Source: a virus (Duplodnaviria; Caudoviricetes). From it: a stretch of DNA of 27,264 nt. This document shows positions 18,092 to 27,042 of this stretch, one piece after another. The position numbers were made by a program, and so were the translations under genes. How positions within the stretch are numbered: the first letter of the stretch is position 1; each line of letters begins with the position of its first letter. The DNA is taken from positions 1 to 27,264 of the IMG/VR virus record IMGVR_UViG_3300020413_000061; one strand, written 5' to 3'. Under the pieces are notes generated by a model that ran no database searches, was not told where the DNA came from, and was given only the letters and a program-made list of their open reading frames with translations.

Positions 18092-19542
18092 TATTTACCT
18101 TTCTTGCATTTACACTTACAAACTTCTTGTTCTAGTTCTTTTATTGCTTCTATGATTAATGGGATAAGCTTATCATAATAAACAGATTTATAATCTTCTG
18201 TTAAACTATGTGCTTTAACTATTGGAGCTTCTGTAACTACTTCTGGTAAAACCTTTTCTACTTCTTGTGCACTGACTCCAACTTCTTTGTTATCTTTAAA
18301 TGCAACAGGGTCTATTTCTTTTGCCTTGTCGTTCCATGTGTAATAATAACCAGACAGCTTTTTTAATTTATCTAATGCGTTTTCTATTTTACCATCAAAG
18401 TCTTTAAGACGAGAGTCACTCGAATATGCAGTGATGTTACCCGTCGCTGTAAGCGAAGAGCACGAAATAGAGCCACCTGAGTTAAAAGTTCCTGTTGGTC
18501 CTGGAGGTCCATTAGGTCCTGGAGGTCCATTAGGTCCTGGCCCACCTGACCCACCTGGAGGTCCTGTTGGTCCTGTTAATACTGCGTTTGCAATAGTTGC
18601 TTTTCTAATGGCACTTGCAGACGTGTCATAAACTGCAATAAGGTCATCACTTGCAATACTTGTTTCTGCTGTATGTGCTGATACTACGTCACCTGCTATG
18701 GTTCCTGTTACCACTACCCCACCTGAACTAGTAGCAAGTTTAGTATTGTCTTGAAACTTTAAATCAAGGCTTCCGTTATTATCCGCGGCTAAAAAAGATT
18801 GACTACCGTTAGCACTTGCAATTCTTAGTGTATCCGTTTGTATTTTTAATTGGTCTGCTGTACTAACAATTTTATCTAATTGATCAGAACCAGAAGCATC
18901 GTGAAATATTTCTAAATCATTACCAGTCCCAAAACGTGCTTTTACACCGTCATTAAAATCTACTCCGTTAGAGCCTCCTACTGCTGTAGCACTTGTAGCA
19001 ATAGTATCAAGTTTAGTTCCATCAACACTTAGGTCACGACCATCTACAGTTTCCGTGCCAGCCATTGTAATGTTGCCTGACATCTGTCCACCAGCTTTAG
19101 GTAAAGCAGCGTTTGCTGTGGTTGTAGTAGAAGTTAATACGCCATCTCTTGTTGCAATATCAATACCATCAACCGTACCACCAAGAGTTATATTATTGCC
19201 AATTGCTACGTTGTTAGAGCCATCTTCTACAACAGCTTTTGCTGCAGGTAGCGTACAAAATACATCTTTTGTACCTGCTCCAAAGTTAACTAAACTGTCT
19301 GAATTAGAACTTGATAATACTGTAGATCTAGAAAGTGTGTCAGGCGTAGCATCAGTTACTGTACCTATACCAACTTCAAAATTACCTGTACCGGCGGCTG
19401 TAATACAATAAAAGGTTTCGTTACCATTACCTATGCCGGTTACAAATGTTTCAAAGCCAGATCCTGCACCACCTAAATTAATAGTGCCAGTACCAGTGCT
19501 AGTAGTCGTTTCCTTGACTCTATCGTTTAGGACAAAAGCCAT
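18091..19542 (-). CDS. Tail fibre protein with collagen-like repeat and Peptidase_S74 chaperone
   Basis: N-terminal LNDRVKETTTSTGTGT, DGxD repeats, G-P-X run, and SSDSRLKD...VGVSAQEVEKVLPEVV...YDKLIPLIIEAIKEL. Confidence 0.9.
   Translation of the reverse strand: MAFVLNDRVKETTTSTGTGTINLGGAGSGFETFVTGIGNGNETFYCITAAGTGNFEVGIGTVTDATPDTLSRSTVLSSSNSDSLVNFGAGTKDVFCTLPAAKAVVEDGSNNVAIGNNITLGGTVDGIDIATRDGVLTSTTTTANAALPKAGGQMSGNITMAGTETVDGRDLSVDGTKLDTIATSATAVGGSNGVDFNDGVKARFGTGNDLEIFHDASGSDQLDKIVSTADQLKIQTDTLRIASANGSQSFLAADNNGSLDLKFQDNTKLATSSGGVVVTGTIAGDVVSAHTAETSIASDDLIAVYDTSASAIRKATIANAVLTGPTGPPGGSGGPGPNGPPGPNGPPGPTGTFNSGGSISCSSLTATGNITAYSSDSRLKDFDGKIENALDKLKKLSGYYYTWNDKAKEIDPVAFKDNKEVGVSAQEVEKVLPEVVTEAPIVKAHSLTEDYKSVYYDKLIPLIIEAIKELEQEVCKCKCKKGK
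18497..18540. repeat. Perfect 18-bp tandem repeat (about 2.4 copies) in the collagen segment
   Basis: GGTCCTGGAGGTCCATTA x2 plus GGTCCTGG, encoding GPNGPP units on the minus strand. Confidence 0.9.
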
Positions 19543-19551
19543 TTACACCTC

Positions 19552-19998
19552 CTATGCTAGCCTAATAATCTCTGATCCACCACCCGCTGTTGGGAATTGA
19601 ACTGTAAATGTTCCGTTACTTGCTGTGAAATCACCACCAAACGCTAAAACAACAACTGCATCTGTATTAGATAAATTGTTATCTGAACGATAGATTAATG
19701 CACCATTAGCTGTAAAAGATGCGTTAGTCCAAGATGTATCATCAAAGTCAACGTAAGCTGGCGAAACCCCTGAGCCACCAACAACAGTTGGGTTAGCTAG
19801 TGTGTTTCCTGCAGCAGTATAAGCTGATCCTGATGTATTAGAAATTTCATTTGTAGTAACGTAATGTGTTGTCGTTGCACCCATGGTAGCGGAAGAAGTA
19901 TAAAGAGCTATCTTATAGGTTGCTCCTCCATCAAAGTCATGATTACCTTTTAACAAGTTCATTTTAAAAACATTACAAACTGCTTGTGATATTGCCAT
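19552..19998 (-). CDS. Virion structural protein (tail/fibre attachment)
   Basis: 148 aa, YKIALY...GALIY...VVVLAFGGDFTASNGTFTVQFP. RBS present. Lies between the neck and fibre genes. Confidence 0.7.
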   Translation of the reverse strand: MAISQAVCNVFKMNLLKGNHDFDGGATYKIALYTSSATMGATTTHYVTTNEISNTSGSAYTAAGNTLANPTVVGGSGVSPAYVDFDDTSWTNASFTANGALIYRSDNNLSNTDAVVVLAFGGDFTASNGTFTVQFPTAGGGSEIIRLA

Positions 19999-20011
19999 AT
20001 TATTCTCCTAA

Positions 20012-20710
20012 TTATGGATTAGCACTAGGTATTGGAATTCTAATAACTCCATCCCTGTACTCATCCCTTCTTTTTTTACCCATTTGTTCTTGTGCAAGTG
20101 CTGTTACAGATTCTCTATATGATTGCTCATACACTTGTTGGTTTTGTGGAGCCTTCAAGAACTTAAACGCTTCACATAAACAGGAATACAATAAGGTTCT
20201 AGGAGCATTCACACTAACCCAGTTTTCTGCGTTAGAAGAGGATAGCCCCGTAGGTAATTTTGTAAACCCTACCTCAAATTTATATATTGCATTAGGTGTA
20301 GGCGCAAGGACTAATGTACCTTGATCCCACATAGCATAGTATTTTGGTACTGAAGTAGAGCCTGTTTCTGGGGTGTCATAGTACTCGTTCATAAAGTCAG
20401 CTTCTACTTGTACTAAGGGATATCTTTTTTTAGTTCCAGAATCTAAATATAAAGTAACATATCTAACAGTAGTAAAATCTCCTAATCCAGGAGTTTCTTC
20501 AGCAGAAGTTTGACCTGGTAAAGGAACCCAACGATTGTTAGCCGCTGTTGCTCCATTTTGAACATCTTTATAACAATCTAAATCAACATCTTTAAAAATT
20601 CTTAATTCTGCATGTTCAATAAAATCATTGCAAATAACATCTGTTAAAACAGCAGAATCTGTTTCTGTGTAATCTCTAATTTGTTGTACTAATTCTGTGT
20701 ATGTCGTCAT
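20012..20710 (-). CDS. Head-tail adaptor/tail tubular protein A-like
   Basis: TYTELVQQIRDY...FIEHAELRI...PKYYA...LAPTP...LLYSCLCEA pattern of podovirus adaptors. Confidence 0.7.
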   Translation of the reverse strand: MTTYTELVQQIRDYTETDSAVLTDVICNDFIEHAELRIFKDVDLDCYKDVQNGATAANNRWVPLPGQTSAEETPGLGDFTTVRYVTLYLDSGTKKRYPLVQVEADFMNEYYDTPETGSTSVPKYYAMWDQGTLVLAPTPNAIYKFEVGFTKLPTGLSSSNAENWVSVNAPRTLLYSCLCEAFKFLKAPQNQQVYEQSYRESVTALAQEQMGKKRRDEYRDGVIRIPIPSANP

Positions 20711-21717
20711 GCTAATACTGTAACGGGTCCTACTGACGCGTTCTCTCCTCCAAAACTTCTTATACCACCACTTTCATAATATTTAAAGCCTAGTCCTCCG
20801 GCAGCTTCAAATTGATTAATGTACGTAGTTCTATCATCAATTAATAGTTTGTTTGGCCCACCATAAGGACCTTTATTAAAATTAGTTGCAAAATCTATAC
20901 CTGCTGCAGCTCTTGCTCCTGTAAAGTTTGCGGCCATCCAGTTTGTTTTTATAGTATTAGCTTGCGTACCGGCATCTGTTGTAAGAGCTCGATAAGATCC
21001 ATTCTTAGATATTACTAAATCTATTAAAGCATTTGCTTCCGCTCTTACTGCTAAGTTAGCAAAGAACCCAGAGTTAGGAACAGCAGCTATGGCCTGTAGT
21101 TCTATTGCTGGTGACATATCATACCAATCACCACCAGAGTCTAACAAACCTTGTGCTGTAGCAAAAGTTGCTATTGCTTGATAGTATTCTGTCAACACTC
21201 CGTCCATATCAACATAAACTGTAGTTGTTCCAATGTTGCAATTTGCAGTTAACCAAGCATCTAAAATATCGTTAGGACTAAAAGAAAAATTATCATTATC
21301 TATTTTTGTAACTATGTGACCTTGAGCATAATTGACATCATGATCTTGCACATGTGATACTTCTGGGTACTGAGGAAAATGAGAAGTACATCCTGTAAAT
21401 TTTACTACCTGACCATTAGAAAAACCGTGACCAGGATCTCTAACATTTATTAAAATAGAATCTCTAGGACCCGCATCAAATGCATTAGCTGTTAATAAAT
21501 GTGCAACTGCTGGCTCTGTTCTTGCAGGTCTTGCGTTTTGTAAACCTTGAGCATCACCATTAAATTTTCTTGGTACCAACTGTGGGTGTTTTTGTTCAAA
21601 TTCACTTTTATGTACAAATGCACCATTCCACTCTTTTACCATTTGTCTATAAGGAAACTCTTGACCGCTTCTATCGGATATTGCTTTTGCGTATTTACCT
21701 GTAGAAAAATTAGACAT
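20707..21717 (-). CDS. Neck-region protein with FCCH-like domain and inserted HAD-superfamily (5'(3')-deoxyribonucleotidase-like) domain
   Basis: N-terminal AISDRSG...EWNG...KHPQL, then HGFSNGQVVKF, then HAD motifs VYVDMDGVL, ALTT, Lys and LLIDD...FEAAGG. Confidence 0.8.
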   Translation of the reverse strand: MSNFSTGKYAKAISDRSGQEFPYRQMVKEWNGAFVHKSEFEQKHPQLVPRKFNGDAQGLQNARPARTEPAVAHLLTANAFDAGPRDSILINVRDPGHGFSNGQVVKFTGCTSHFPQYPEVSHVQDHDVNYAQGHIVTKIDNDNFSFSPNDILDAWLTANCNIGTTTVYVDMDGVLTEYYQAIATFATAQGLLDSGGDWYDMSPAIELQAIAAVPNSGFFANLAVRAEANALIDLVISKNGSYRALTTDAGTQANTIKTNWMAANFTGARAAAGIDFATNFNKGPYGGPNKLLIDDRTTYINQFEAAGGLGFKYYESGGIRSFGGENASVGPVTVLA

Positions 21718-22453
21718 TTGGATAATAAGCCTGTGGTGTTAAATATGTGCTGCTTGAAGAACCATCCTCCGTTAAAGCTCTTTGGAATTCATCTTCATAG
21801 TACAGCTTCATGTTTGCACAAAGCTCTGGTTTTTCTTTTTGACAAAGATAAAAAGCTAGACCAGAAACCATGCAAGGAATAAACCTATAAGGTATATCAG
21901 GATCGTTTTGATATGCTCCTGCGTCTTGTATTCTTTTTAAATAATAAATAGAAACATTTTGCGCTGCAGCTGTTGCATCTGGTGTTGGATATAAAGTTAC
22001 AACCGTTTTATCAATAAATCTTTGTACATAGTATTGTGTAGGTTGAGATTTATTTAGTTTATTAGATAAACCAGAATAGGTAGATCTATTTATTTTAGTA
22101 AGAGCAGAATCAATCTGTGAGGTAGTTGTTCTACCTGTTCTATAAGTAGCTTCTAAAATATCGTGAACACCGTAGATACCGTTAGGTATAGAGGTAGCAC
22201 TTGTACCATCCGTAGCACTTCTGTAAAAAATATATTCAGCCTGGCCTTCTACTAGATCGATATCAGTATTGGATACTTGCCAATAATGTAATCCTCTATT
22301 AGCCCACTCTTGAAATAAAATATTAAGAGATCTTCTTGCAGATTTTAATTGATAACCACTAACCGAATGTATACCTATTCTATCATAGGCTTCTTGAATA
22401 ATGTCATCAATGTCAAAGCTACTTTCAAATGTAGCTGTTCCTGATGTCGCCAT
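21710..22453 (-). CDS. Head-tail adaptor/neck protein
   Basis: IIQEAYDRIG...SARRSLNILFQEWANRG...PTQYY...LYPTPD...PYRFIPCMVSGLAF. Located after the capsid accessory genes. Confidence 0.7.
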   Translation of the reverse strand: MATSGTATFESSFDIDDIIQEAYDRIGIHSVSGYQLKSARRSLNILFQEWANRGLHYWQVSNTDIDLVEGQAEYIFYRSATDGTSATSIPNGIYGVHDILEATYRTGRTTTSQIDSALTKINRSTYSGLSNKLNKSQPTQYYVQRFIDKTVVTLYPTPDATAAAQNVSIYYLKRIQDAGAYQNDPDIPYRFIPCMVSGLAFYLCQKEKPELCANMKLYYEDEFQRALTEDGSSSSTYLTPQAYYPNV

Positions 22454-22461
22454 TTAGCCCC

Positions 22462-22743
22462 CTAATTGAACGTTACTGTAACACCTGGAGTAGCTGTTAA
22501 ATCTAAATACACACCTGTTTTAAATTTGATTCCGCTTCCAGGAATAAAAACTTCTAGTCCTTCTGTTCCAAACTTAAAGGTATGTGACGTGCCTGCTGCA
22601 GAAGTATTATCATACAAAACAACAACCGAGCTTGCTGCTCCTGCTGCTTGTATAGAAGTTACTCTACAAGTTCCTGTCACTAGCTGTCCGTCGGCTGCTA
22701 GATGTGCGGTCTTTTGATCTGATGTAAATGATCCACCACCCAT
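22462..22743 (-). CDS. Small beta-rich structural protein (93 aa)
   Basis: Strong AGGAGG RBS. IPGSGIKFKTGVY motif. Confidence 0.75.
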   Translation of the reverse strand: MGGGSFTSDQKTAHLAADGQLVTGTCRVTSIQAAGAASSVVVLYDNTSAAGTSHTFKFGTEGLEVFIPGSGIKFKTGVYLDLTATPGVTVTFN

Positions 22744-22762
22744 AATATTATCCTCCTAAATA

Positions 22763-22780
22763 GCGGGGCCGAAGCCCCGC
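22763..22780 (-). terminator. GC-rich hairpin with C(UUCG)G tetraloop; weak terminator or mRNA stabiliser
   Basis: Minus strand GCGGGGC-TTCG-GCCCCGC followed by only TATTT. Confidence 0.7.
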
Positions 22781-22792
22781 ATTAATTATTTA

Positions 22793-23224
22793 TTAGCTTA
22801 AGTTGTTATTCTGTATGTACAGAACAGTAACTGTAGCAGCACCTGTTGTACCATCACCGTTTGCTGCTGTGAAAACAGCATTAACAGTCTGATCAGATGA
22901 TCCAATATCTGTGCCATCAGCACCAATAGTGCCTCTAGTTGTAGCTGCTGCTTTTGCGTTAGTAGCTGCAAGATATTCGTCATCGTCACCAGAGTGTCCG
23001 ATTTTTACAGTAGCTGTACCACCATCGTTAGAAACAGTTGTAACATTTAAAATTACATCAACGATTTGTGAGTTCGCAGGAATGATTCCTACAGCTGTAG
23101 TATTGGTAGCACCAATGATATCAATAACTTTTGATTGTGCCATTAAGACGGAACCAGTATTTTTCGTAGCTCCATCTCTTTTGTCTCCGGCTTTAATAGG
23201 ACCGGAAAAAGTAGTTGTACCCAT
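22793..23224 (-). CDS. Capsid-associated structural protein (143 aa; start revised to ATG 23224)
   Basis: TAAGGAGG RBS precedes MGTTTFSGPIK. Beta-sandwich-like sequence immediately after the major capsid gene. Confidence 0.75.
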   Translation of the reverse strand: MGTTTFSGPIKAGDKRDGATKNTGSVLMAQSKVIDIIGATNTTAVGIIPANSQIVDVILNVTTVSNDGGTATVKIGHSGDDDEYLAATNAKAAATTRGTIGADGTDIGSSDQTVNAVFTAANGDGTTGAATVTVLYIQNNNLS

Positions 23225-23288
23225 ATTTGTATCCTCCTTATTTTCTAACACAGTCGTGAGGTCGTCTGGTCAAGTCTGTGTTTCTTTG

Positions 23289-23317
23289 AATATACGCTTT
23301 TAATATAGTGATTGCAA
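23289..23317 (-). promoter_or_regulatory. Sigma70-like promoter
   Basis: TTGCAA-17 nt-TATATT on the minus strand, directly after the terminator. Confidence 0.6.
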
Positions 23318-23344
23318 ATAAAAAGGGGCGCCGAAGCGCCCCTT
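23316..23344 (-). terminator. Rho-independent terminator after the major capsid gene
   Basis: AAGGGGCGC-TTCG-GCGCCCCTT followed by TTTATTT. Confidence 0.9.
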
Positions 23345-23374
23345 AATTTAGGTATGACCTAACAGTGCTACTTA

Positions 23375-24286
23375 TTAAGCAGAACCGTCAGAACCGTAGA
23401 TACCTCTCCAGTCAGACCAACCGAAGCTGTATCTTTCCCTAGCTTTGTATCTCATATTACCAGTCTCGAAGTCACCTTCCATAGCCGTTTTAATCGGCGC
23501 ACGGACCATGTGCTTCAATCCGTTAGGCACATCAGTTTTCAAGAAGAATGCGTCATCGTCAGTTAGGAAGTTATTTACTACATAACCTTGAGGAACCATT
23601 CCCATTGATTTTAGTGCGTTAACGTCGTTATCAGCTGTGCCGACACGATTAGCAGACTTCATAAGTCTTTCCGCAGTGAACTGGTTAGCTGAAGGTATGA
23701 TCATTTTGACCGCCTTCGCAGCAATTTTAAGACCTCTCTCGTCCTTGAAATTAGCAATGTCAATCATTGCTTGTTCAAGAGAAGTTTCAGACAAGTCAGC
23801 TAATGTGACAGGTCTGTTGCTGATGTTACCAGCGATAGTTGGGTGAGCGTTTCCAATTAGGGACTCACCGTCACCGCCGTTGTAACCAGAAGCTTTAAAT
23901 GCATTGTTTAATACATTCGCAGCTTTAGTCTGCTTCGTTTGAGCCATAGAACGTGCTAGTGCTTTTGTGTAACGAGTAGAAATCTTGTCATACAAGTTAT
24001 CTTCCACCGCCTCTTCCGTTAAGCTAAATGCTAACGCAATAGTCTCGTGTTGATATCTTGCAGTGAAAGTTTCCTGCGCGTTATCGTAAGCAACAGCAGC
24101 GCCTTCTGACTTAACGCCTGCTTTGTCGAAACCAGATAACATTACTTCTTCTTCAAAAGCTCTGTCACTGTTTTCAGTGTCGAAAATTTCAGCATGCTGA
24201 TTTTCGTAGTTTTTGTACTCAAGTCCAAATAATGCATTCAGACCTGGCTCTAGCTCTTTAGCTAGTTGTTGTCTTGATATAGCCAT
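23375..24286 (-). CDS. Major capsid protein (HK97 fold)
   Basis: MAISRQQLAKELEPGLNALFGLEY...KARERYSFGWSDWRGIYGS, a capsid type I recognise from aquatic phages. GGAGG RBS, biased codon use and a downstream terminator. Confidence 0.92.
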   Translation of the reverse strand: MAISRQQLAKELEPGLNALFGLEYKNYENQHAEIFDTENSDRAFEEEVMLSGFDKAGVKSEGAAVAYDNAQETFTARYQHETIALAFSLTEEAVEDNLYDKISTRYTKALARSMAQTKQTKAANVLNNAFKASGYNGGDGESLIGNAHPTIAGNISNRPVTLADLSETSLEQAMIDIANFKDERGLKIAAKAVKMIIPSANQFTAERLMKSANRVGTADNDVNALKSMGMVPQGYVVNNFLTDDDAFFLKTDVPNGLKHMVRAPIKTAMEGDFETGNMRYKARERYSFGWSDWRGIYGSDGSA

Positions 24287-24305
24287 TTTTTATGTCCTCC
24301 TGCTA

Positions 24306-24866
24306 TTAATTATTGGCGTAAGTATGCATGTTGATCACGACTTTATAGACAGCACAACCAGCAGAATCGATTTGGTTTCTTTCTTCATTTCCACCAAAGC
24401 CGATTACGTTTAGTTGTTCTGCACCAGCAGCTGCTAGTGTTCCCATGTCGAGAGTCATTCCACTTACTCCGTCTGTTGTTGAACCATCAGTAGCATCAAT
24501 ATCAGCTGATTTCTGAATATCTGATCTTTGTGACTGAGTTCCAGTTAAACCTTGTATTTCGAATACTTGGTATGGATCGTCATAAACAAAAGCTTCAGCT
24601 TCAGCTGCTACTTGTGCGTACTGATTCTTAAAAGTTGGTTTATTAGTTGTAGGATCGTCGTATTTACATCCCCAAAAAACACCAGTTAGATCGTTAGCAC
24701 CGGCAGCGCCTTGCTGCACGTTACCTGCATCGTTCATTACAGCATCGCCTTGAAATATTGAGTTAGCCTCATTATTAGCAATGGTGTAACTAGCTAGTTT
24801 TCCTGGAGCGCCTCCGCCGATCTTTTCAACTGGATTAAAACCAAAAGGGGCATTTATATTTGCCAT
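24306..24866 (-). CDS. Capsid decoration/cement protein (putative)
   Basis: MANINAPFGFNPV...IFQGDAV...GVFWGC...VYDDP. Strong RBS. Directly upstream of the major capsid gene. Confidence 0.7.
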   Translation of the reverse strand: MANINAPFGFNPVEKIGGGAPGKLASYTIANNEANSIFQGDAVMNDAGNVQQGAAGANDLTGVFWGCKYDDPTTNKPTFKNQYAQVAAEAEAFVYDDPYQVFEIQGLTGTQSQRSDIQKSADIDATDGSTTDGVSGMTLDMGTLAAAGAEQLNVIGFGGNEERNQIDSAGCAVYKVVINMHTYANN

Positions 24867-24909
24867 AGTCTTATCCTCCTTAAAGGGTTAGTTGATTAAA
24901 TCGATGGTT

Positions 24910-24931
24910 AAATAAAGACTAGTCTTTATTT
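24910..24931. repeat. Perfect 22-bp palindrome
   Basis: AAATAAAGACTAGTCTTTATTT, centred on the TAG stop of the 158-aa gene. Confidence 0.9.
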
Positions 24932-25395
24932 GAGCCACCAAAAGTTACACGAGTCTGCCTCTCTTGATTGATTGGCATACTTGGGTGCTGTTCCTTTAAG
25001 ACATCGTTTTCTATAGCCTCATTACGTTCAGCAGTCTTTTTGCTAAAGTATTCTTCGCGAGACTTTGCGAGCTCTTCGGATATCCTTGCCAGCACAAGGC
25101 CACCAACTCCGATCACTCCTGCGTATTTACCTGAATTTATGACTGGATAGTCTTCGTTCGGATATTCGTCGGATCTAACTAACTCCCATCCAGACCTAAT
25201 TTTGCCTGTAATGTTTTTAGTGTCGTCATAACCCATACTTTCCGCACGTAACCATCTATGTCTAAAACCATCTGGCGCAGGTGGTGCATCTAGTGATGAT
25301 GGAGGAGTCCATACTTTAGGCTTTTCTTCTTTAGCCCTAGTCTGGCTCACGCGGGAAGTTTTAACAGTTTTCTTATCTGTATCTTTTTTTGTCAT
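24919..25395 (-). CDS. Head-module protein of unknown function (158 aa)
   Basis: WTPPSSLDAP...HRWLR...GWELV...GVGGLVLARI. RBS present. Lies between the scaffold and capsid genes. Confidence 0.8.
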   Translation of the reverse strand: MTKKDTDKKTVKTSRVSQTRAKEEKPKVWTPPSSLDAPPAPDGFRHRWLRAESMGYDDTKNITGKIRSGWELVRSDEYPNEDYPVINSGKYAGVIGVGGLVLARISEELAKSREEYFSKKTAERNEAIENDVLKEQHPSMPINQERQTRVTFGGSNKD

Positions 25396-25399
25396 ATGC

Positions 25400-26377
25400 T
25401 TATACCTCCTTCGCGGCTAATTGTTTCGCATACTCTTCGAGTGGCACACCTAGTCTTTTAGAAATTGCTACCTGTGAAGGTGTGAGTTTCACAGTTTTTC
25501 TGCGTCCTTTTGCGGCTGGACGTTTAGCACTTGCAACAGTCTGGACCGGAGTCTCAGCTGTAGATTCACTATTATTAGCAAATTTGTGTGGGAATTCAAG
25601 TCTTATTCTCTTATCAACCTCAGAATAATATTCTGTGCTAGATGGATCAAAACCTTCTTCTTCAACAAGTTTTCTATGTATATCAAATGCTGTGTATGTC
25701 ATTGCATTATCTGTACCAAACCAAGTGTTTTTAGCCGACCATTCAGTAGCTTTTGGATCAATTTGTTGCGCTGCCTGGTAGATATCATTTTGAGTTGGCA
25801 TATCTTTAGCAACTTGTGCTAAGTTTTGCGGCGCCATATTTTGCCTGTTAGCTACTTGTTCGTTCTGAGTTTTTAATTGATGCAATCTACCTTCTTCCAT
25901 AGCTAGTCTTGCTATAGCTTCTTGAGCGGCAACTTGTTTATCAACGTCACCTGCTTCCATTGCATTTCTTAATTCAGACTTAGCTGCAATTTTACCTGTA
26001 GCTATTTTGTCTTCTAACTCTTTTGCATAATCGACACCCATTTGATTAACTTGTGTCTCAGCTCTTTGAGATTGTTCCTGTAAAGTTTTAGCATAAGCAA
26101 TGGCTTCTTCTTTTTGTCTTTCAGCCTCACGCATTTTGCGTGTTAGTTTAGCTATTCTTTTTTGGACACCGTCGCTGTAATCGTCAAGTTCGTTTTTCTG
26201 AACAGCAGGCTGCTCATCAGATTCCGCAGATGTGTCAGCGGACTGATTATCGTTTTCAACTTTTTCAACTTTAATCTCCTCTTCTAAAGATTGTTCCGGT
26301 GCTGGTGCATCCAGATCAATTTCGGTTTCTTGTTCGTCAGAATCTCCGACGTCAATTTTGTAGTCATCTTCTAGCAT
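25400..26377 (-). CDS. Capsid scaffolding protein (putative)
   Basis: Acidic N-terminus, long coiled coil, and C-terminal VKLTPSQVAISKRLGVPLEEYAK helix-turn-helix. Confidence 0.75.
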   Translation of the reverse strand: MLEDDYKIDVGDSDEQETEIDLDAPAPEQSLEEEIKVEKVENDNQSADTSAESDEQPAVQKNELDDYSDGVQKRIAKLTRKMREAERQKEEAIAYAKTLQEQSQRAETQVNQMGVDYAKELEDKIATGKIAAKSELRNAMEAGDVDKQVAAQEAIARLAMEEGRLHQLKTQNEQVANRQNMAPQNLAQVAKDMPTQNDIYQAAQQIDPKATEWSAKNTWFGTDNAMTYTAFDIHRKLVEEEGFDPSSTEYYSEVDKRIRLEFPHKFANNSESTAETPVQTVASAKRPAAKGRRKTVKLTPSQVAISKRLGVPLEEYAKQLAAKEV

Positions 26378-26396
26378 AGTTAATTCCTCCTATGAA

Positions 26397-26837
26397 TTAC
26401 ATTGCGTGAATAAGGTCTTTCGGATCATCAATTGTTCCTAAAACCTCATCATCGTTTAACATTCTTATTTCTCCACCTTCTATCTCCATGCGTGATCCTG
26501 CGTATCTTGCAAAGATCACCCAATCTTTTGGTTTGCACCATGGACCTGTTGGATACCTGTCTTCGTCTTTATAACAAAGTGGTCCCATTTTTAATACATA
26601 TCCAACTTGAACAGCAGCACGTGCTCTATCCAAAGTTTCTTGTGCTATAATAATTCCTCCCTCGCTTTTTTCTTTTACACGAAAAGGCATAACGAGTAAT
26701 CTCCAGCCCGTTGGGTCTGGTAGTTTATTTAAATTTGTTTTTGTGGGTTCTTTTTCCGCCTCGTGTTGTGCTATCTTTTTTGCATCTTCTTCAGCGTTAT
26801 ATTTATCTTCTAATGCGTGTGACGTTGTTTGGGTCAT
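26397..26837 (-). CDS. groES: Phage co-chaperonin GroES (Cpn10)
   Basis: PTGWRLLV...KSEGGIII...GYVLKMGP...DWVIFARYAGS...RMLNDDEVLG. Confidence 0.92.
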   Translation of the reverse strand: MTQTTSHALEDKYNAEEDAKKIAQHEAEKEPTKTNLNKLPDPTGWRLLVMPFRVKEKSEGGIIIAQETLDRARAAVQVGYVLKMGPLCYKDEDRYPTGPWCKPKDWVIFARYAGSRMEIEGGEIRMLNDDEVLGTIDDPKDLIHAM

Positions 26838-27042
26838 CTGGTTTTGGCTCCTTTGGTTCTAGCAGGTTAGAGAGTTCCTGATTTGTTGCGTCCACTGCGT
26901 GGATCTTACCTAATATATACTTATATTCTTCCATACTGTCAACTCCGCCGTTTGCGAGTGTTTGTACTAGGGCGTCCATCTGTGACTGCATGCTCTTTTT
27001 TAGTTTGTATATTACGTTTATCGGATCTGTAGCTTCTGACAT
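26803..27042 (-). CDS. Small helical protein upstream of groES
   Basis: LANGGVDSMEEYKYILGKI helix-hairpin. GGAG RBS. Confidence 0.8.
   Translation of the reverse strand: MSEATDPINVIYKLKKSMQSQMDALVQTLANGGVDSMEEYKYILGKIHAVDATNQELSNLLEPKEPKPDDPNNVTRIRR

Noticed and set aside
12792-19542. Diversity-generating retroelement or invertible fibre cassette
   Set aside because: No reverse transcriptase, invertase or near-identical template/variable repeat pair was seen, and the compared paralogue codons differ synonymously rather than at adenines only.
13178-22989. Nested minus-strand alternative-frame ORFs (13178-13423, 15282-15476, 22798-22989)
   Set aside because: Internal to longer genes, with no supporting motif or RBS noticed.
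23225-23251. ORF-track start of the 152-aa protein
   Set aside because: The extension contains the TAAGGAGG RBS of ATG 23224.
737-26650. Numerous plus-strand ORFs of 60-158 aa
   Set aside because: They lie almost entirely antisense to well-supported minus-strand genes, lack recognisable motifs, and are explained by the codon bias of the real genes.
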